A stretch of 62,863 bases of DNA, filler included, from Basidiobolus ranarum (GCA_040143965.1; 2 parts of 2 records of this genome joined end to end with filler, not necessarily neighbours in it); one strand, 5' to 3'; shown: positions 12,552-26,270, numbered from the whole stretch's first letter. Numbers and translations: made by a program. Notes: generated by a model not told the origin, from the sequence alone.

Positions 12552-13186
12552 GATATTAGTATACTTAAAAAGACGCGAGAGAAATAGTATGGTGACAAAG
12601 CTTTAGAATTAAAGCACAGAATTGTTTATAATGGAAAAAACGCCCTGATAAATAAGTAAGCGGTAGCACTTGATGTTTATGAGACGAGTAATAATATTGG
12701 GTTGTAGATATGTGAACGAAAGGAAAGACGTATATCCACAGGGAATAACCTCCCGCTCGGTTACAAGTGTGTAATAAAGCAAGTAGAAGAGAATATCAAA
12801 AACAAATATCAGCCAGACATACGAACACTAACTCGAATAGAATAGAGCGTGAAATAATGACTCAGTAAGCAGGGCAGGATCAACCTGAAACCAGCTTGCT
12901 GACTATTATTATCTAGACAGCGCCGCAATGAAGCAACTATATTTCTTGATCTACAATAATTAAGGGAAATCCATATCTGCATATATATATTATGTAACTT
13001 CACTGGATGCATGCAGATAAACTATGATAATGACTTCATATATATTCAGATGAACGAGCAGTTTAGCAGCAATGTGGCTTATTTATTGCCGAGAATACAG
13101 GTTAACCTAACCCTTACCTCAATAAAAGTATATGGTTTGTCTAAGAATGCCGCAGATGATAGAAGGTAAAGCTATATTGGGGCTGT

Positions 13187-14631
13187 CTAAGGTCGCTTCT
13201 TAAAGTAAGAGTCCATTTTCTTCATCCCTTTGGTGTTTACTTTGGCCAATCTCTTTTGAGCGGTCGTGAGTTTGGGTTTCTATTCACAGGATTTAAGTCT
13301 GAGTTCCAACGTAGCATGGATATATATGAACTACCTTTGATTCGCTGTCGACTGTCTCTTTAGGAATGGACTTCTTGATGTAGTCAGCAGGCGAGTCAAT
13401 CACGCTATTATTAATGACATTCTCAATGTTGACAATTTCTTCGAAACTAAAGGTGGTCAATTTCGATTGTTGCAAGTGGATTCTAGTTCCATTATATATA
13501 TAGTATCGGCTTACTCGTAGGCATTCAGCAATTTATCGCGCCAGGAGAGGCTTAGATAGTCACCAAGGGTCTGTACAATGGCACGTCGTCGAAGATCTGA
13601 AGTTGTGGAGAACGAACTGATTAGAAAAGGAAACCAATTACTGAAGTATTATGGACCCTACTTTGTCGCTGCTCTGACGATAACTCTGGTGAATCCAAGA
13701 AAAGTATCAGCTGATTTAGACCTGGCACACTATCGAAATGTTCAAGAATCATCTCCACCTAATAGATATTCTTTAGAATATGTACATATACTGGATTACT
13801 GATGAAGAGATCTCTGGCTTACTTTACACTTCAACCACGTTAGCACTTTCTCATTGTTGAGGCGATACACGTGTATTGTGTCTGTAATTGCTGCGATAGA
13901 AATCATCGTAAACGTGAGGGCTAATTTGAATAAGGGAGTTTGTGTTGTCGATGGTACCTTTAGAATCACATATATGGTTTAATTGTTGATCGATCCCTGC
14001 TAGTTCAGTGATATGTCTGTAGGAGAACTCCTCTTCGTTGCTTAATATATCATCTAGTTGTTGAAAAACCCCACCCGATTCATGTGTCTGATAATGAGAG
14101 AATAATCAGCATGTATTTCAACTTTAGTGCAAGTCTGTACAGCTCTTACTTCTTGGCGTGAAGTCTCTAGGATTGGAATAAGTAGAAATAGTGGGTCGAC
14201 AGGGGTAAAGAAAAACAGAGATCCATCTTTGAATTGTATCGAGAAAGGTTAGAGTTGAAAAGCATAAGTAAGCCACGCTCTTCAAGTCGAAAAGGATACC
14301 TTGCTGAACTGTATCATTAATAAACCAAGAACGCTTTTCTTCTGGATCTACTTTCTGGATTTCACACAGCTTGCCTTCATGTAATGAAAATCGAGCCGGT
14401 TTCCCTAGAATGAAGTTAGTAAGAATAGAGTAATTAGATACTAGTATTGTGGTTTTTACCAGTCTTTGGATGCTTGAGTTGAATAAGGATAGGGTCGCTC
14501 TCAACTTTATCTCCTAAAATCAAAGGTGTAAATATGCTAAACTGAAGCGAAGGAGGATTCGAAGGGGAAAATGTATCTATACCTGTTATGTTTGTGACGC
14601 AAACCCATTGTGAAGCTTTAGAAGGCGACAT
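13187..14631 (-). CDS. RNH202: Ribonuclease H2 subunit B (about 10 exons)
   Basis: LKHPKTG, RSWFINDTVQQDGSLFFFTPVDPLFLLIPIL, YRLNNEKVLTWL and C-terminal PIP box LAKVNTKGMKKMDSYFKK. Confidence 0.9.
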
Positions 14632-14878
14632 GGTGACAACAACTAACTAGTGTATCGTAGGCTATAATTTTAGGATTTCTATTGATTGCCCATACCCAAT
14701 ACAAAATAATAAACAAACATTTTTAACATCCCTTTTTACAAAAAACTCAATTGAAAATGGCATAAGTTATCCACCTTTTAATACCAGTTTGTGATTGTGG
14801 ATTTTTTGTAAATAAATCCATTAAGTATTGACTTGTCCATTACACCTTCTTGTAGCGTAGCGGTGACGAAACCATAAT

Positions 14879-15362
14879 ATGGCACAAAACAACACACCTT
14901 TTCCGATAAAATATAAACAAACGGCTAGAACCATCAATGGCGTATTTACGGAGATGATCACATTTGGGTTTTCCAACAAGATTGTAGTTATTATTAGTCA
15001 ATTCGGCAAGATTGGTAGTTTGGTAATGGAATCAAGCTTTATATTACATTAAAGAGCAAAAGACCACTAACTAAAGAATGATTTTAATTTAGCTTCATAC
15101 CACGCTAGCCTCACCTCCCTCAAGTGAATTTAGCTCTGTGGAAGTCTCGTCTGAACCTGTAGCCAATACCCAGTTCTTGCTCGGTGCCAATACTGAACCC
15201 ATATACCAGATCTATGCGTCCCAAGTGTCTACCAACATTTCGCTTATGCGACCTACTGAAAGCAGGCCAGTGCTACTAGGACTGGCGTTGAAAAACCCTT
15301 CTGAAGACAAGTATCTTTTTGACCAAGTGATTGATATGCTAAAGCAATGCCCAGTTTGGTGA
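14879..15362 (+). CDS. PSMG3: Proteasome assembly chaperone 3 (PAC3/PSMG3-like; 2 exons)
   Basis: FSNKIVVIISQFGKIGSL, FLLG, RPVLLGLALK and C-terminal CPVW* are typical of PAC3. Confidence 0.85.
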
Positions 15363-15711
15363 ACGTATCCAAACTCCAAATAAAATCCCGTTTAGAACTA
15401 TGTCCAAGTATATTGCTTATATTCCTACATTATCTAAGCTATGATTAAGCAGAATTGTGGAATTTTGTGGGGAGTGATCTCTCAATCTCAATAACCCCAT
15501 ATTGGAACATCAACCCCACTCAATTCCGCAACCCAAAAAATCTAAGGGTGAATAGATGTATGGGAATTTGAAGGGAGATGGAAGGGTCTGAAGTTTGTGT
15601 TAGCGACATTCTTTTATTGGGCCATTTGTTTCTTTTAATAATATATATCCGTATTTAACTTTGTCCTGCTTGTTTTATCTTGGAGTCATACAGTACTGAT
15701 TTTATAACGAT

Positions 15712-16291
15712 ATGGCCTCTCTTCAACTTTTCAAGACTCGCGTTGGATTGGTTGCTCAACCATTTGGTAAATTGCTTGCTCCAATCGCTTCTCGAGCCAC
15801 TTACTCTACCTCTAAGGATGTAGTTACTGCTACCGAAACTGGTGAACTAGTTCAGGCAGACATTACCTCCGGTGTTCCTGGTAATTATAATAGAAATCTT
15901 ATTTGCTACTAGCATATATATATATACCAGTTTGTAATCAAACTTCGATATTTTAGAGGAGCTCAAAGAGCGCACCGTTCGTATATACAGACCTGCTAAA
16001 ACTGCCATGCAATCTGGTCTCCAACAAACTCGTTCCTGGAAGTTAGATTTTGAAATTATCAACACTGGGGCTCAGTGGGAGAATCCTTTGATGGGTTGGG
16101 CTAGTAGTGCTGATCCGGTACAAGCTTTGCGTATGAGATTCCCCGAAAAAGAAGATGCTATCCGTTTTGCCGAGAAGCAGGGGTGGAACTATGTAGTTGA
16201 AGAGCCTAAAACTCGCAAGTTCCACAAGAAGATGTATGCCGATAACTACAAATATACACCAAATAAGCTCAGAATGATCAAAACCAAGTAA
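15712..16291 (+). CDS. NDUFS4: Mitochondrial complex I subunit NDUFS4 (2 exons)
   Basis: Presequence, then RTVRIYRPAKTAMQSG...WENPLMGWASSADP...F..KEDAIRFAEKQGWNY...YADNY. Confidence 0.95.
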
Positions 16292-16731
16292 ATTTATTTG
16301 TAAACGAAAGAAAAGAAATTGTTGGTTGACTTTGCAGAGAACATCCCTCATATTACTACAAACGAAACACTTCATTAAAGCAACAACTATTCATTTTCTT
16401 ACAGTCCATTGTAATACTCATCATCCATGCTACAATTGAAAGATTTCAATAAACTCTTAACTAAACGAATGAATAGTCCTGGCCGTAAAATCACTCAACT
16501 TAGACACTTGTTCTCAAGGTGGTTAAAATGTTGAGTATCTTTAAATGAAATCATAAACTACACAAATTAGGAATAGAAAAAGAAAAAAAACCACCAGTGT
16601 TGTTTGAATTGCAATGACTTGCATTAGATAATTTTTGTTGAAGAAATTGTGTTGGATTATTCCACTTACTATACTTCCCTGCATAGTTGTCCTTCACACA
16701 AACTTTTCATAGACAAACCTTTCGTTGAGAT

Positions 16732-18308
16732 ATGTCAGAGCAAGGTAATATTTTTGGCTGCATTCGCAGAAAGTATCATTATTCCTGATTCACTGTTGAA
16801 TGCTTGTTTACCCTCCAAATTACTTACGTCGATTTTGTTACCAGCTCGTTCCACACCCGCTCGTGCCGCTAAAGGCACAACCAGAGGCGGTGCCCAAAAG
16901 GTAACCACTATATATGGGTGTGATTTTTGTAGCTGCATTCTTCCTAAACATGGCCTGTTTACTTCTTTTTTAGATGAAATTCACCCCTACTATTCCATCA
17001 AAACGTAACAAAAAAGAAAGGTAAATAAAAATTCTGCAAGCGTGTTTATTTTTAATTTAATTTCAATTGACACAAATCATCTAGCGCTCCTTCCCTTTTG
17101 GATAATGCTATATCTTCGACCGGAAGCCCTAGAGGTCGCGGTGGTAGAGGTGGACGTGGTAACTGTCTTTGTTTGTGAAAGCTGTAATCGAATTGTAACT
17201 AATCAGATGATTGCTGTTGGGAAATTAAAGGTCGTGGTAGAGGACGTGGTAAAGCACCAGAAGAGTTGACCTCAGTAGCATCTGGACCGTTCTCTATGGG
17301 CCCTGCTATGGGAGGTAAGGATTGAGCCGAATGCCTCTCATTCATATCATTTTGTTTTAATATTGTCAACTTTCTAAACAGGATCCAGAGGAGCCGAAAG
17401 AGGTGGCACTGGTCAAGAGGTGATGCTCACTGGTTCCAGTAATCACGAGCCATCACATAGTAATCAAGGTGAGAATTCCTTCGGAGGTTCTGACAATTAC
17501 GACGATGATGCAAACGATGGAGAGTTCTTTACCAATGGTGATGCTTGGACTCCAGTTATGCTTCCTTATACATCGGAGGTCAAAAAGGAGGGCAAGAGTG
17601 ATGCTCAAGCAATGGATCACGATGCTACAAGTGAGGAGAACAAGGTCAAAACTGAAATGGACGACGAATCTTTGTCCAACCAAGACTTGAAGTCACCTTT
17701 TGCACACATACCTCCTCCTGGTTCTGACCTTATTTGCACTACTGACGAGGTGAGTCCATTATATATCTGGTTATGTGCAATTTGTTCTAAATATTTTACA
17801 AATAGAACACCGGCGACGAGAAACTGTTTTATTTCCAATTCCCCTCCCAACTGCCCACCCTCGAGACTTTGAATGGTGATAAACTCGAATCTAATGACAT
17901 GGATGTTGACATGACTCTCGTTAAGCAAGAGCCTACGGATGCCGAGAATGTTGATGCTGTAGTTAAAAAAGAGGTAGTGGAAACTGAGGCTGATGCAGCC
18001 ACAGTACCCGAGCCCTCATCAGAAGAAAAGGGTAAGCCAGAAGGCTTGATGGGCAAACTCCTTGTGTATAAATCTGGAAAGACTCAAATCAAGATTGGCG
18101 ACATCATTTTTGACGTAAGTTGAAATCCTTTGGTTGGTATGTTGGTTGTTCATTAATTAAGTATTGTTTTTAGATTTCTCCTGGGTCCGATTGCGGTTTT
18201 CTTCAAAACATAGTCGCTGTGGATTCGGACAACAAGCAAGCTTTTGTAATGGGTAATGTCCATAAGCGATTCATTTCAACCCCCAACATAGACAGTTTAC
18301 TCGGATAA
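16732..18308 (+). CDS. RPC53: RNA polymerase III subunit RPC4/Rpc53 (multi-exon)
   Basis: MKFTPTIPSKRNKK, SGPFSMGPA, LFYFQFPSQLP and C-terminal PEGLMGKLLVYKSGKTQIKIGDIIFDISPGSDCGFLQ...MGNVHKRFISTPNI. Confidence 0.88.
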
Positions 18309-18851
18309 GCATGACCCCCAAGAATGTATCTTTAATATTGTACTTGTATTATTTCTACTTGGATTTTCATGTTCCATTCCCTTACCACACTTCCTCTTTG
18401 GTCTTCATCCACTGCAAATGATTCATGTTAGTCACATACATCTTTTCTTCTAGTTGGATATAAAATAGACAGCGATTATAGTGTTATTCTACTTCACTGC
18501 AGCAAAGAGCAATTATAAAAAGAGCTATGGAGGCTTAAAGTCCATAGCAATATGCACTTCATCCAAGCTAGGACTCGCAATTTGTTTATCATAGTTGTTA
18601 GCTAGTGTTTGTGGCTGCGGTTCAAGAGCAGAGCATTTATTTTCTACCATATTCGAATCAACTTATTATTCAGAGTTGAGAGAATAAACGCACATTCATC
18701 AGCATTGTACATTAATTTTATATGTTCTATATTTTCGTGACTTGATATTCAACTTGAATTTTCATAAATTAAGCAAAACAAAACAAAACCATATAGTGAA
18801 TTGATAAGAGTGGAATTTCTTCAGGAGAGTTTACTCCACGTCCCGGTCTAA

Positions 18852-21251
18852 ATGGACACTTTACATAACCCTATCACGATCATTTCCGAAGACGAAGATT
18901 CTGAAGAAAATAACGATGAAGAGAGTGAAGGAAATGTAATTCCTACTGCTGACACACCAAGTGTATTAATACCTACCTCCAATTCTCAGCGCGATCAATC
19001 ACCACTCGACCACGCCAGATTAGATGTAACAGAGGATATAGCTATAGCACCAATGCCAACCACAACTGAGACTCCTTTACTCTTACCACCTGCTCGCATA
19101 CCTTCACAGGAAAATATTTTTTCCTCTCAAGTTGATTTTCAAAAGCCTCCCCCTGGACCCGGTAAACGTGTGGCCGAGGAGAAAGATCCCGGATTCCAAA
19201 GTGATGATGATCCTGGTGATGAGGCAACTACTTGTTCCATTTGTTTTGAGCCGTGGTCAAGTCGCGGAGAGCATAGAATAGTATCCTTAAAGTGCGGGCA
19301 CTTATTTGGTCGAAGGTAGCTCATTTTTAGCCTATTTTTTGGTGGTTATTAGCGAACAAATATACTGAGACTTTTTTCCAATTTATGAAAAGTTGTATCG
19401 AACGATGGCTTGGTAAGTTTGGAAAACCCAGGGAAGCAAAAAGTAAATGCCCAGAATGCAAGTATGTCGATTGAAACGAGATTTTTAATACTAAAACAAT
19501 TGGCTAACTCTCTTGGATATAGTCAAATCGCTACCAAAAAAGACATCCGAGTAATTTGGGCTAAGAAGATTGTTGCAGTAGACACAATAGAAAAAGATCA
19601 GGCTTTAAAGGAGGCACAGCAAGAAAAGATGTTAAGAGAACAAGCTGATATGAAAGTTGCACGTTTGCAACTAGCGTACCAGATGGCTTCGGTACGATGT
19701 GGATATTCTTAGTCATTAATGATTTGTATACTAAATATTTTTCAATAACTTAGGCTGAGTTAGACAAAGTACATGATGAACTAGGGCGAATAAGACAGGA
19801 ATATAACAGGTATTGTGTTGTGTGGACAAATAACTGGTTTCTTTCTAGCAAAGCGGTTTACTCAAAAATGAACTTTATATTCAGATGTCGACAACAACTT
19901 GGAGTAATGAGAAGTAAATATGAGGCAGGGCCCAGTCTGTGGAGCTGTTCTCCGCAAGGGAAATATATCACTGTTGATACGGTTCCCATATCTCTTGATG
20001 TAAACTCTTTCTTTGATTTATTTTTCCGCATAACATCAAAAATCCTAAAACTCTTGAGGTTGACATAGAATAATTCCGCCCGTGTTGTGACTGAGAATTC
20101 GTTTCTTGAACAACTATTCATCAGTCGTTCATTAGGCTCGCGGTCTGCTCTTGAGCACCATGGACTGTTAAGACTTAACATGCGAGAGTTATCCCAACAA
20201 GAATTCATCCCGATCCATGCAAAAGCTGTTCGAGATGCCCACTGTAGCCCTATTGATAATAACTTGGTGCTGACTACCAGCTTAGATAAAACCATGAAGT
20301 TGGTCTCTCTTACAACAAATTCTGTAGTTCAGAGGTGAGTGAGCATATAAGTTAAAGAAGTTTGCTCTGTAACTAAGTTTTTCATGTAGCTTCGATCTGG
20401 GAGCTCCCGGTTGGTCATGTTGTTGGAACTCAACAGATACCAATTATGTATTCTCTGGCCAATCTAACAATTCGATTCGAATGTTTGATCTCCGATATAC
20501 AAAAGACCCCGTTAAAAATTTCCAGGATCGTGAGAAACTTGGGATGAAGCCCATCCACTCTCTAGTTCATGTACCACAACCTGAGGGTTCTGGGAGACTA
20601 CTAGCTGCCAATTTGGAGCATGCCTTCACCTGGAATAATCTTATTACCAGTGAAGAGTCGCCACTGGAAAGCTCTTGCAAAGTACTTGACCTACAACTTC
20701 CCGGTAAGTACCCTTCTCAATATATTAAGACACTTGAAAGCTAACTTATTTGTAGGATCGTCATGCTACTCTGTCTCATATGATCGATTTTCTAATCATA
20801 TGTTGACATCGTTTCGAAATGTTGGCCAGTCCTCGACCCATCATATTGTTAGTCAAATTGAGAATACGAGTCAAGATTTAAACGTCAAGCATATTTGCCA
20901 ACTTGATGGGCGCTCAGGCCAAACATCGCTCAGTAAAACCACCATCTTCACTAGAGCCTGCGCCAGAAACACAAAGCAACCAACTATATTTGTTTGTGCA
21001 GGAGATGAAGCATCCTCTTCGGTAGCACCACAATTCAGTTTTATGTATATAATACAATTGTTAACCTTTCTCGATCTATATAGCTGCTTCTCTGGGATGT
21101 CGCAAACTCCCAGTATGTATTTCAGGAACTTTCACCTGGATCTCGTGACACCTTCTTGGATATAAAGAGTGTTTCTCTTATGGGCAAAGATGATATGCTT
21201 GTTGGATTGACTGATAAAATGCTGCACCTTTTCAAGTGGGTGGCTACTTAA
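18852..21251 (+). CDS. RFWD3: RING finger and WD40 E3 ubiquitin ligase, RFWD3-like (multi-exon)
   Basis: [32 protein letters not shown]...KCPEC RING, coiled coil, WD40 region ([10 protein letters not shown]...[20 protein letters not shown]). Confidence 0.88.
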
Positions 21252-21847
21252 TATCCACGTATACATATATACGTGAATGGACAAAGATGGAGATGTGCTT
21301 ACACTGGATGCACACTTCAGGGCCTATTTTGTAATATAACTCTAAATGATTTTCTAGGTTTACTTTGTGTGTACAAGTGTGATGTAGAATTTTGTTTTTT
21401 GAACCCTGACCCAAATTAAGATTCACACCAACCGTCTCGTGATCACTGTTGTTTATTGTATGATCGTTGACTTGTAAATCTGTATTCATTTTTAATCCTC
21501 AGTTTATAGATTTTTTGCATTCAAAATTCCGTAGTCATTTTTATCCACATCCCTTTATAAGCACATTTCATTAAAGGAGATTTTGAAGGTCGACGATTTT
21601 AGCAAGATTATTGGCTATTGATAATAGTGGAAAAGATAGTCCAAAAATCGAATGATTAATAGTTAGGCTTGGCTCATCAAATTTAGTATGGAACGCACAA
21701 GCCAACTTGGTGAAATAGCCAAGCCCATGATACCATAAAAACTCCATAAAGAGCAATATGCACAGGCAAAAGATAGCATTCCACTCACACTTGAGAGCCA
21801 TTATTCCATCGGGATAAATCCGACTTAGTTGATCCATTCAGTAAGAG

Positions 21848-22878
21848 ATGCTCAAATATCCTCCACCATCGTCTTACTTGGCAATTCCATTTCTCTCGGA
21901 GAACGAAGGGAACAAGAATAAACAGCTCCACCGGAAGCTTCCCCTAAAGAAACTCATTATTTTCACCGGTTTGTTGATCCTGCTATGGTCCAGTACAAAG
22001 TTTATGGAAATCCATTCGAATCCAATGGTTCCAGAGAGTAAGTCTATTGGAAATTGGTGAGGTATATCAAGCAAGTTCTCACGATTTCTTCACATCTTTT
22101 AGAGAGCAAAGAAATAGTGATCGTTACGGGAGCAAGTGGGAATCATTTCTGTCCTTTACAAGGATTTCTTTATTCTTTACATAACAGTATAAGATTTCTT
22201 CCTACAAGTATTCAAGTCAAAGTGATTGTTTACGATTTAGGTCTAGGAGAGAAACAACGTCAAGAACTTTCCATCATCCAAAAGGATGGTTACTTTCATG
22301 AACTTCAGACCTTTAATTATACAGAATTTCCGGAATTTTGGAATATCAATAAGAATCGTGGAGAATACGCATGGAAAGCAGGAATCATCAAGAAAATAGC
22401 TGACTCTCATTCAGGAATATCCCTTTGGATGGATTCTGGGAATAGAGTGTTCCCTAATTTCATTTTAGATGTGATTGACTTGATCGAAGTTCAAGGTTTC
22501 TATAGTCCTACTAGCCCGGGAGATGTACGTAGATGGACTCATCCAAAGTTATTCGAGTATTTCGATGATGATTTGGAGAAATATGCTAATCAACCTAATT
22601 GTAATGGTGCTTTCATTGGTTTCGATTCAAGGAATGAGAAAGTTATGAACTCTTTGATCAATCCATTGTTCGAATGTGGCTTAAATCAATCTTGTATTGC
22701 TCCAGAAGGTTCCAATCGTCTTAACCACAGACAAGATCAAGCTGCTTTGACTTACTTGGCTTTATCTAATAAGTACCAATGCTCATATGAGGGACTCACC
22801 GGGTTGTTGATTCATCAAGATAATGACTGTAAGCTGCAGATCCAGGGCCACCTCAGGAAGGCTATGTTCCATATTTAA
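21848..22878 (+). CDS. Type II membrane DUF1647-like protein, putative glycosyltransferase-like (2 exons)
   Basis: N-terminal TM anchor (IIFTGLLILLW); motifs VTGASGNHF, VYDLGL, YAWK, WMDSG, CIAPEGS, NHRQDQA. Family assigned from memory. Confidence 0.65.
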
Positions 22879-23117
22879 TACTAGACACCCATTGCATACC
22901 CTTTACCATCACCACTCACCTCATACATTCTCAGCATTCTTTTCTTATTCTTCATTCGTATACATATTGGAGTTGTGTATATACACACATGTAAGCCCCA
23001 TAAACATCCATTGGAATAAACACTTTATTGAGATCGAGATAAATATACAAAGGGGTAAGTGATTAAGGTAAGATGCATTCTAATATACTACACTCTACTT
23101 GGCAGAAAAGAACCAAC

Positions 23118-25384
23118 TCAGTCATTATTCTTGGCGGAAAAGAATTTGGGTAATTTGACTTGTTGAGTTGGTACTTCTCTGTGTGGATACTCATCCAATG
23201 CAAAGCTAGATTGACTAGGATCAGAATCTTGATATGCATATGGTCTATTACCATTCGAATCCTCCATAGCGAATGAATGTCTTAATCCAGCATTCTCACG
23301 TAAATTCGCCATGTACTTTTCATACGGAGATAATTGGGATTTATCTTGGGAATTGTAGGAGTGACTATCGTTAAATCCAGAATAACGAACTCCATCATTG
23401 GAATAATCCAGTGAATTGGTGGGTTCAGTTCGAGTCGTAGGAGGTGGATTATTACTCGCGATACTCGCAGGTCTGGAATACATCTTACCAGGTTTGGTGG
23501 GTTCAGGTACTGGGTTATTTACCCTTCGGTTTAAATACTTCCTTAGAATCATGACCACGATATTCCATAATATCTTCACAATCCATACAAGTTGGAAAAA
23601 TATCATCAAAAATATCATCACTAAACCACACCAGGCTTTGGCAGTATTGTTGGCATTAACCGAAGGTAAAAAGGCAAATAGTAAACTTACAAGCAGAATT
23701 TTCATCGCTTGTCTACATATCTCCCATCTATTCACTGGTAAACTTATCCAGGGATGAGTTCCTACTATCGCGTAGAAGTTCCCTACCTCTAAGCACAGTA
23801 TAAGAATCAATTGGACAAGGCCGCTCCCTTGACCAAGACCTATAATCGCCGCTAATATAAGTCGGTACCCAACATCCACAAATGCAAATCGACATGTTTC
23901 CGAAGTGTAATTGTTGTAGAGTGGACCGTAGAGAAGCATGTAAAATGCATCGATAAAGATGATCGATTGGGGAGCAATCCGTAGCATATGACCAAGAATG
24001 GCACCAATAACCCCAAAGGATAAGATCACTAGGACCACCGCAGCTACAGCAGTCACCCACGTCGTCTTATGAGTGTAGAGTTGATAGAATGCGAACAGTG
24101 TCAGGGGCAAGTGGAATAAAAGTAACACCCTCAGAACGTTTCCTTGAATAAAAAGAATCCGGTTAGTGCATGGGTTAAGGTGAAATGATTCAATGGACAA
24201 GCTCACCTGCTACAAAAGCAATATGCTTTTTGCGTGAGTAAGGTGATCCGTCGGTACGTGTTTTGACTAGAGATCCGACGTAGGTGACAATGATAGACAC
24301 GACAAACACACAAATCAGCACCATGGCCATGAGAATCAAGAGTGAAATAAACAAGTCTCCCGCCTCGAGTCCGATATAATGGGCAAAAAACTCCAGGCCA
24401 TGCTGCTCAGGAGAGTACATTGGAACTGGTACATTGGCTAGACCGCGGGCTTTACGAGCGGCGTGATTGGTGACCTCGTCCCCAAGTACAAACATAATGG
24501 AGTGAAAATCACTAATAAAGCTCTGGTAGAAGTATGGATAATCCAAATTTAAAAGTGCGGTGACCACAACGAATTGAAGATAATAAACCATATCAACAAA
24601 TCCTGGATACTGCAACCCTTGAATATCACCGGTCATACCAAACTTGGAACTAAAAACAAAAATGTTCCTAGCCTCTCCGAGAACATATCCCACAAATTGC
24701 ATAAGAACACTCAATAATATCGAGCAAAAAACGGCAATCACCAGAATATAAAAATATGGTTGGTCCGTTTGATCCCGCACTAATTCAAAACAACCATATT
24801 CTCCAGCAACTTCATCTAACAGATAGGTCATGATTCTTATGTCGACAAAGGGAACGAATTTAGGTAGATTCAAATGCTACAGACCAACAATAATGGTTAA
24901 TATCCAAGTTTGAATCAAGTGTAAACCATAAATAACCTACTTTTGTGAAAGTGACATTACGAGGACCCTCAACAGGACAGCCTCCCAATTCTTCACAGAG
25001 TTGAAATTCTTGAAATTTGAGAATGGAGATATCAGCCATACTACCGAAAAAGACCGCACTGGCATTGACTGTATGGAATAATTAGAAAACATTTCGTGGA
25101 AGAGTATCAAACGGATAGAAATACATACATGGTGACTCAGGATTTACTCTGCCTTTTAAAGGTAAACTGTCGGTCGCGCCGATCACAGAAATATCTAAAG
25201 TTCTCTTAACAGCGTCTAGTTCAGAGGTTCCAGTAATAGGAATCCATGATTGATTAATACGTCCGCATCTCGAGATCTTAGTAAATGCAGTTTTAGCTTC
25301 TGTGGAGAAGATATAAAAAGCAAAAACGAAGTATAACAAACAGAATAAAGAGTATCGATGAAAGTGAGAAGAACGTGTGCTCAT
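23118..25384 (-). CDS. Fungal TRP-like / FLC-PKD2 family multi-pass membrane protein (4 exons)
   Basis: Signal peptide, Cys-containing luminal ML-like N-domain, PGFVDMVYYLQF...LNLDYP.FYQSF, YGPLYNNY, GQGSGLVQ, many TM helices, disordered tail. Confidence 0.8.
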
Positions 25385-26270
25385 AGGTAGTATATCGATA
25401 AAAATGAAAATAAATATGGTTTGAAAATACAGGGCTTCTGATTAGCAACTGGAACGAGAACTCTCGGACTCAATAGCGTTACGGTGTATAGCCGGTCAAG
25501 AAAAAAGTAGATGCAATATAGCAATTTCAAGTTACAAAACATTCATTCTTTCGTAAATTGCTTTTTTTCACACACCCAACGTGAAATAAGGTGTCCGATA
25601 GAAATTCGATTTGATTACCATATTGAGCACTTCTATCTTTAGACCAAACTTTCCTTTTTCTACATTTAGAACTGTGGTTCGAATTGCCATGTTAATACTA
25701 TCTACAATGTTTATCTAAACAGTGTCTTGGTCTAATTGTAAAAACCCACTATTTTTAACGAAGGCTGGAGCTGTCTAAATGATGTTTGTTAATTGCCATT
25801 TGTTTTATGATAGTGATGAGGGTGTTTCTTGACTGAATAATCTTTTTATCCGTGAATTCCGGCCCCCATTGGTTTGTTGCTTTTCTGGTGTGACTTTTCA
25901 TGTGCTGATCTATTTTGAATCACTTGTCATTGCTGATGATGATGATGATGTTAGTATCTGCCCCACCTCAGCCATCGTTGTTGAGGTCATCATGATGCCT
26001 AGATATGTTTTGATCGATCATTGTGTCACCTTAACTGATGAATATCATGACCTGATCTCCGATCTTCCTTTCGGAGTATTACATGGATTCCATAAATGAT
26101 TTAGATAGATTTTGCTGGAACAGTTGATTCAAGTGTCAATGTGTGATATTCTATTTATATAAAGTTAAATCATAGTGACATCTTCCCGATGCTCTCCAGG
26201 GGCTCTCCCAATATCTACAAGTATTGAGTGTTGGTGGGTAGCCAAGTATTTTATAACTATAATTAGATGA

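Noticed and set aside
12855..12905. ATGA...AAA...TGA hairpin as a SECIS element
   Set aside because: GA quartet geometry and AA position do not fit, and no adjacent gene has an in-frame TGA.
25813..25910. GTGATGA...CTGA as a C/D snoRNA
   Set aside because: No recognisable rRNA-complementary guide, a weak terminal stem, and the region is rich in TGA repeats.
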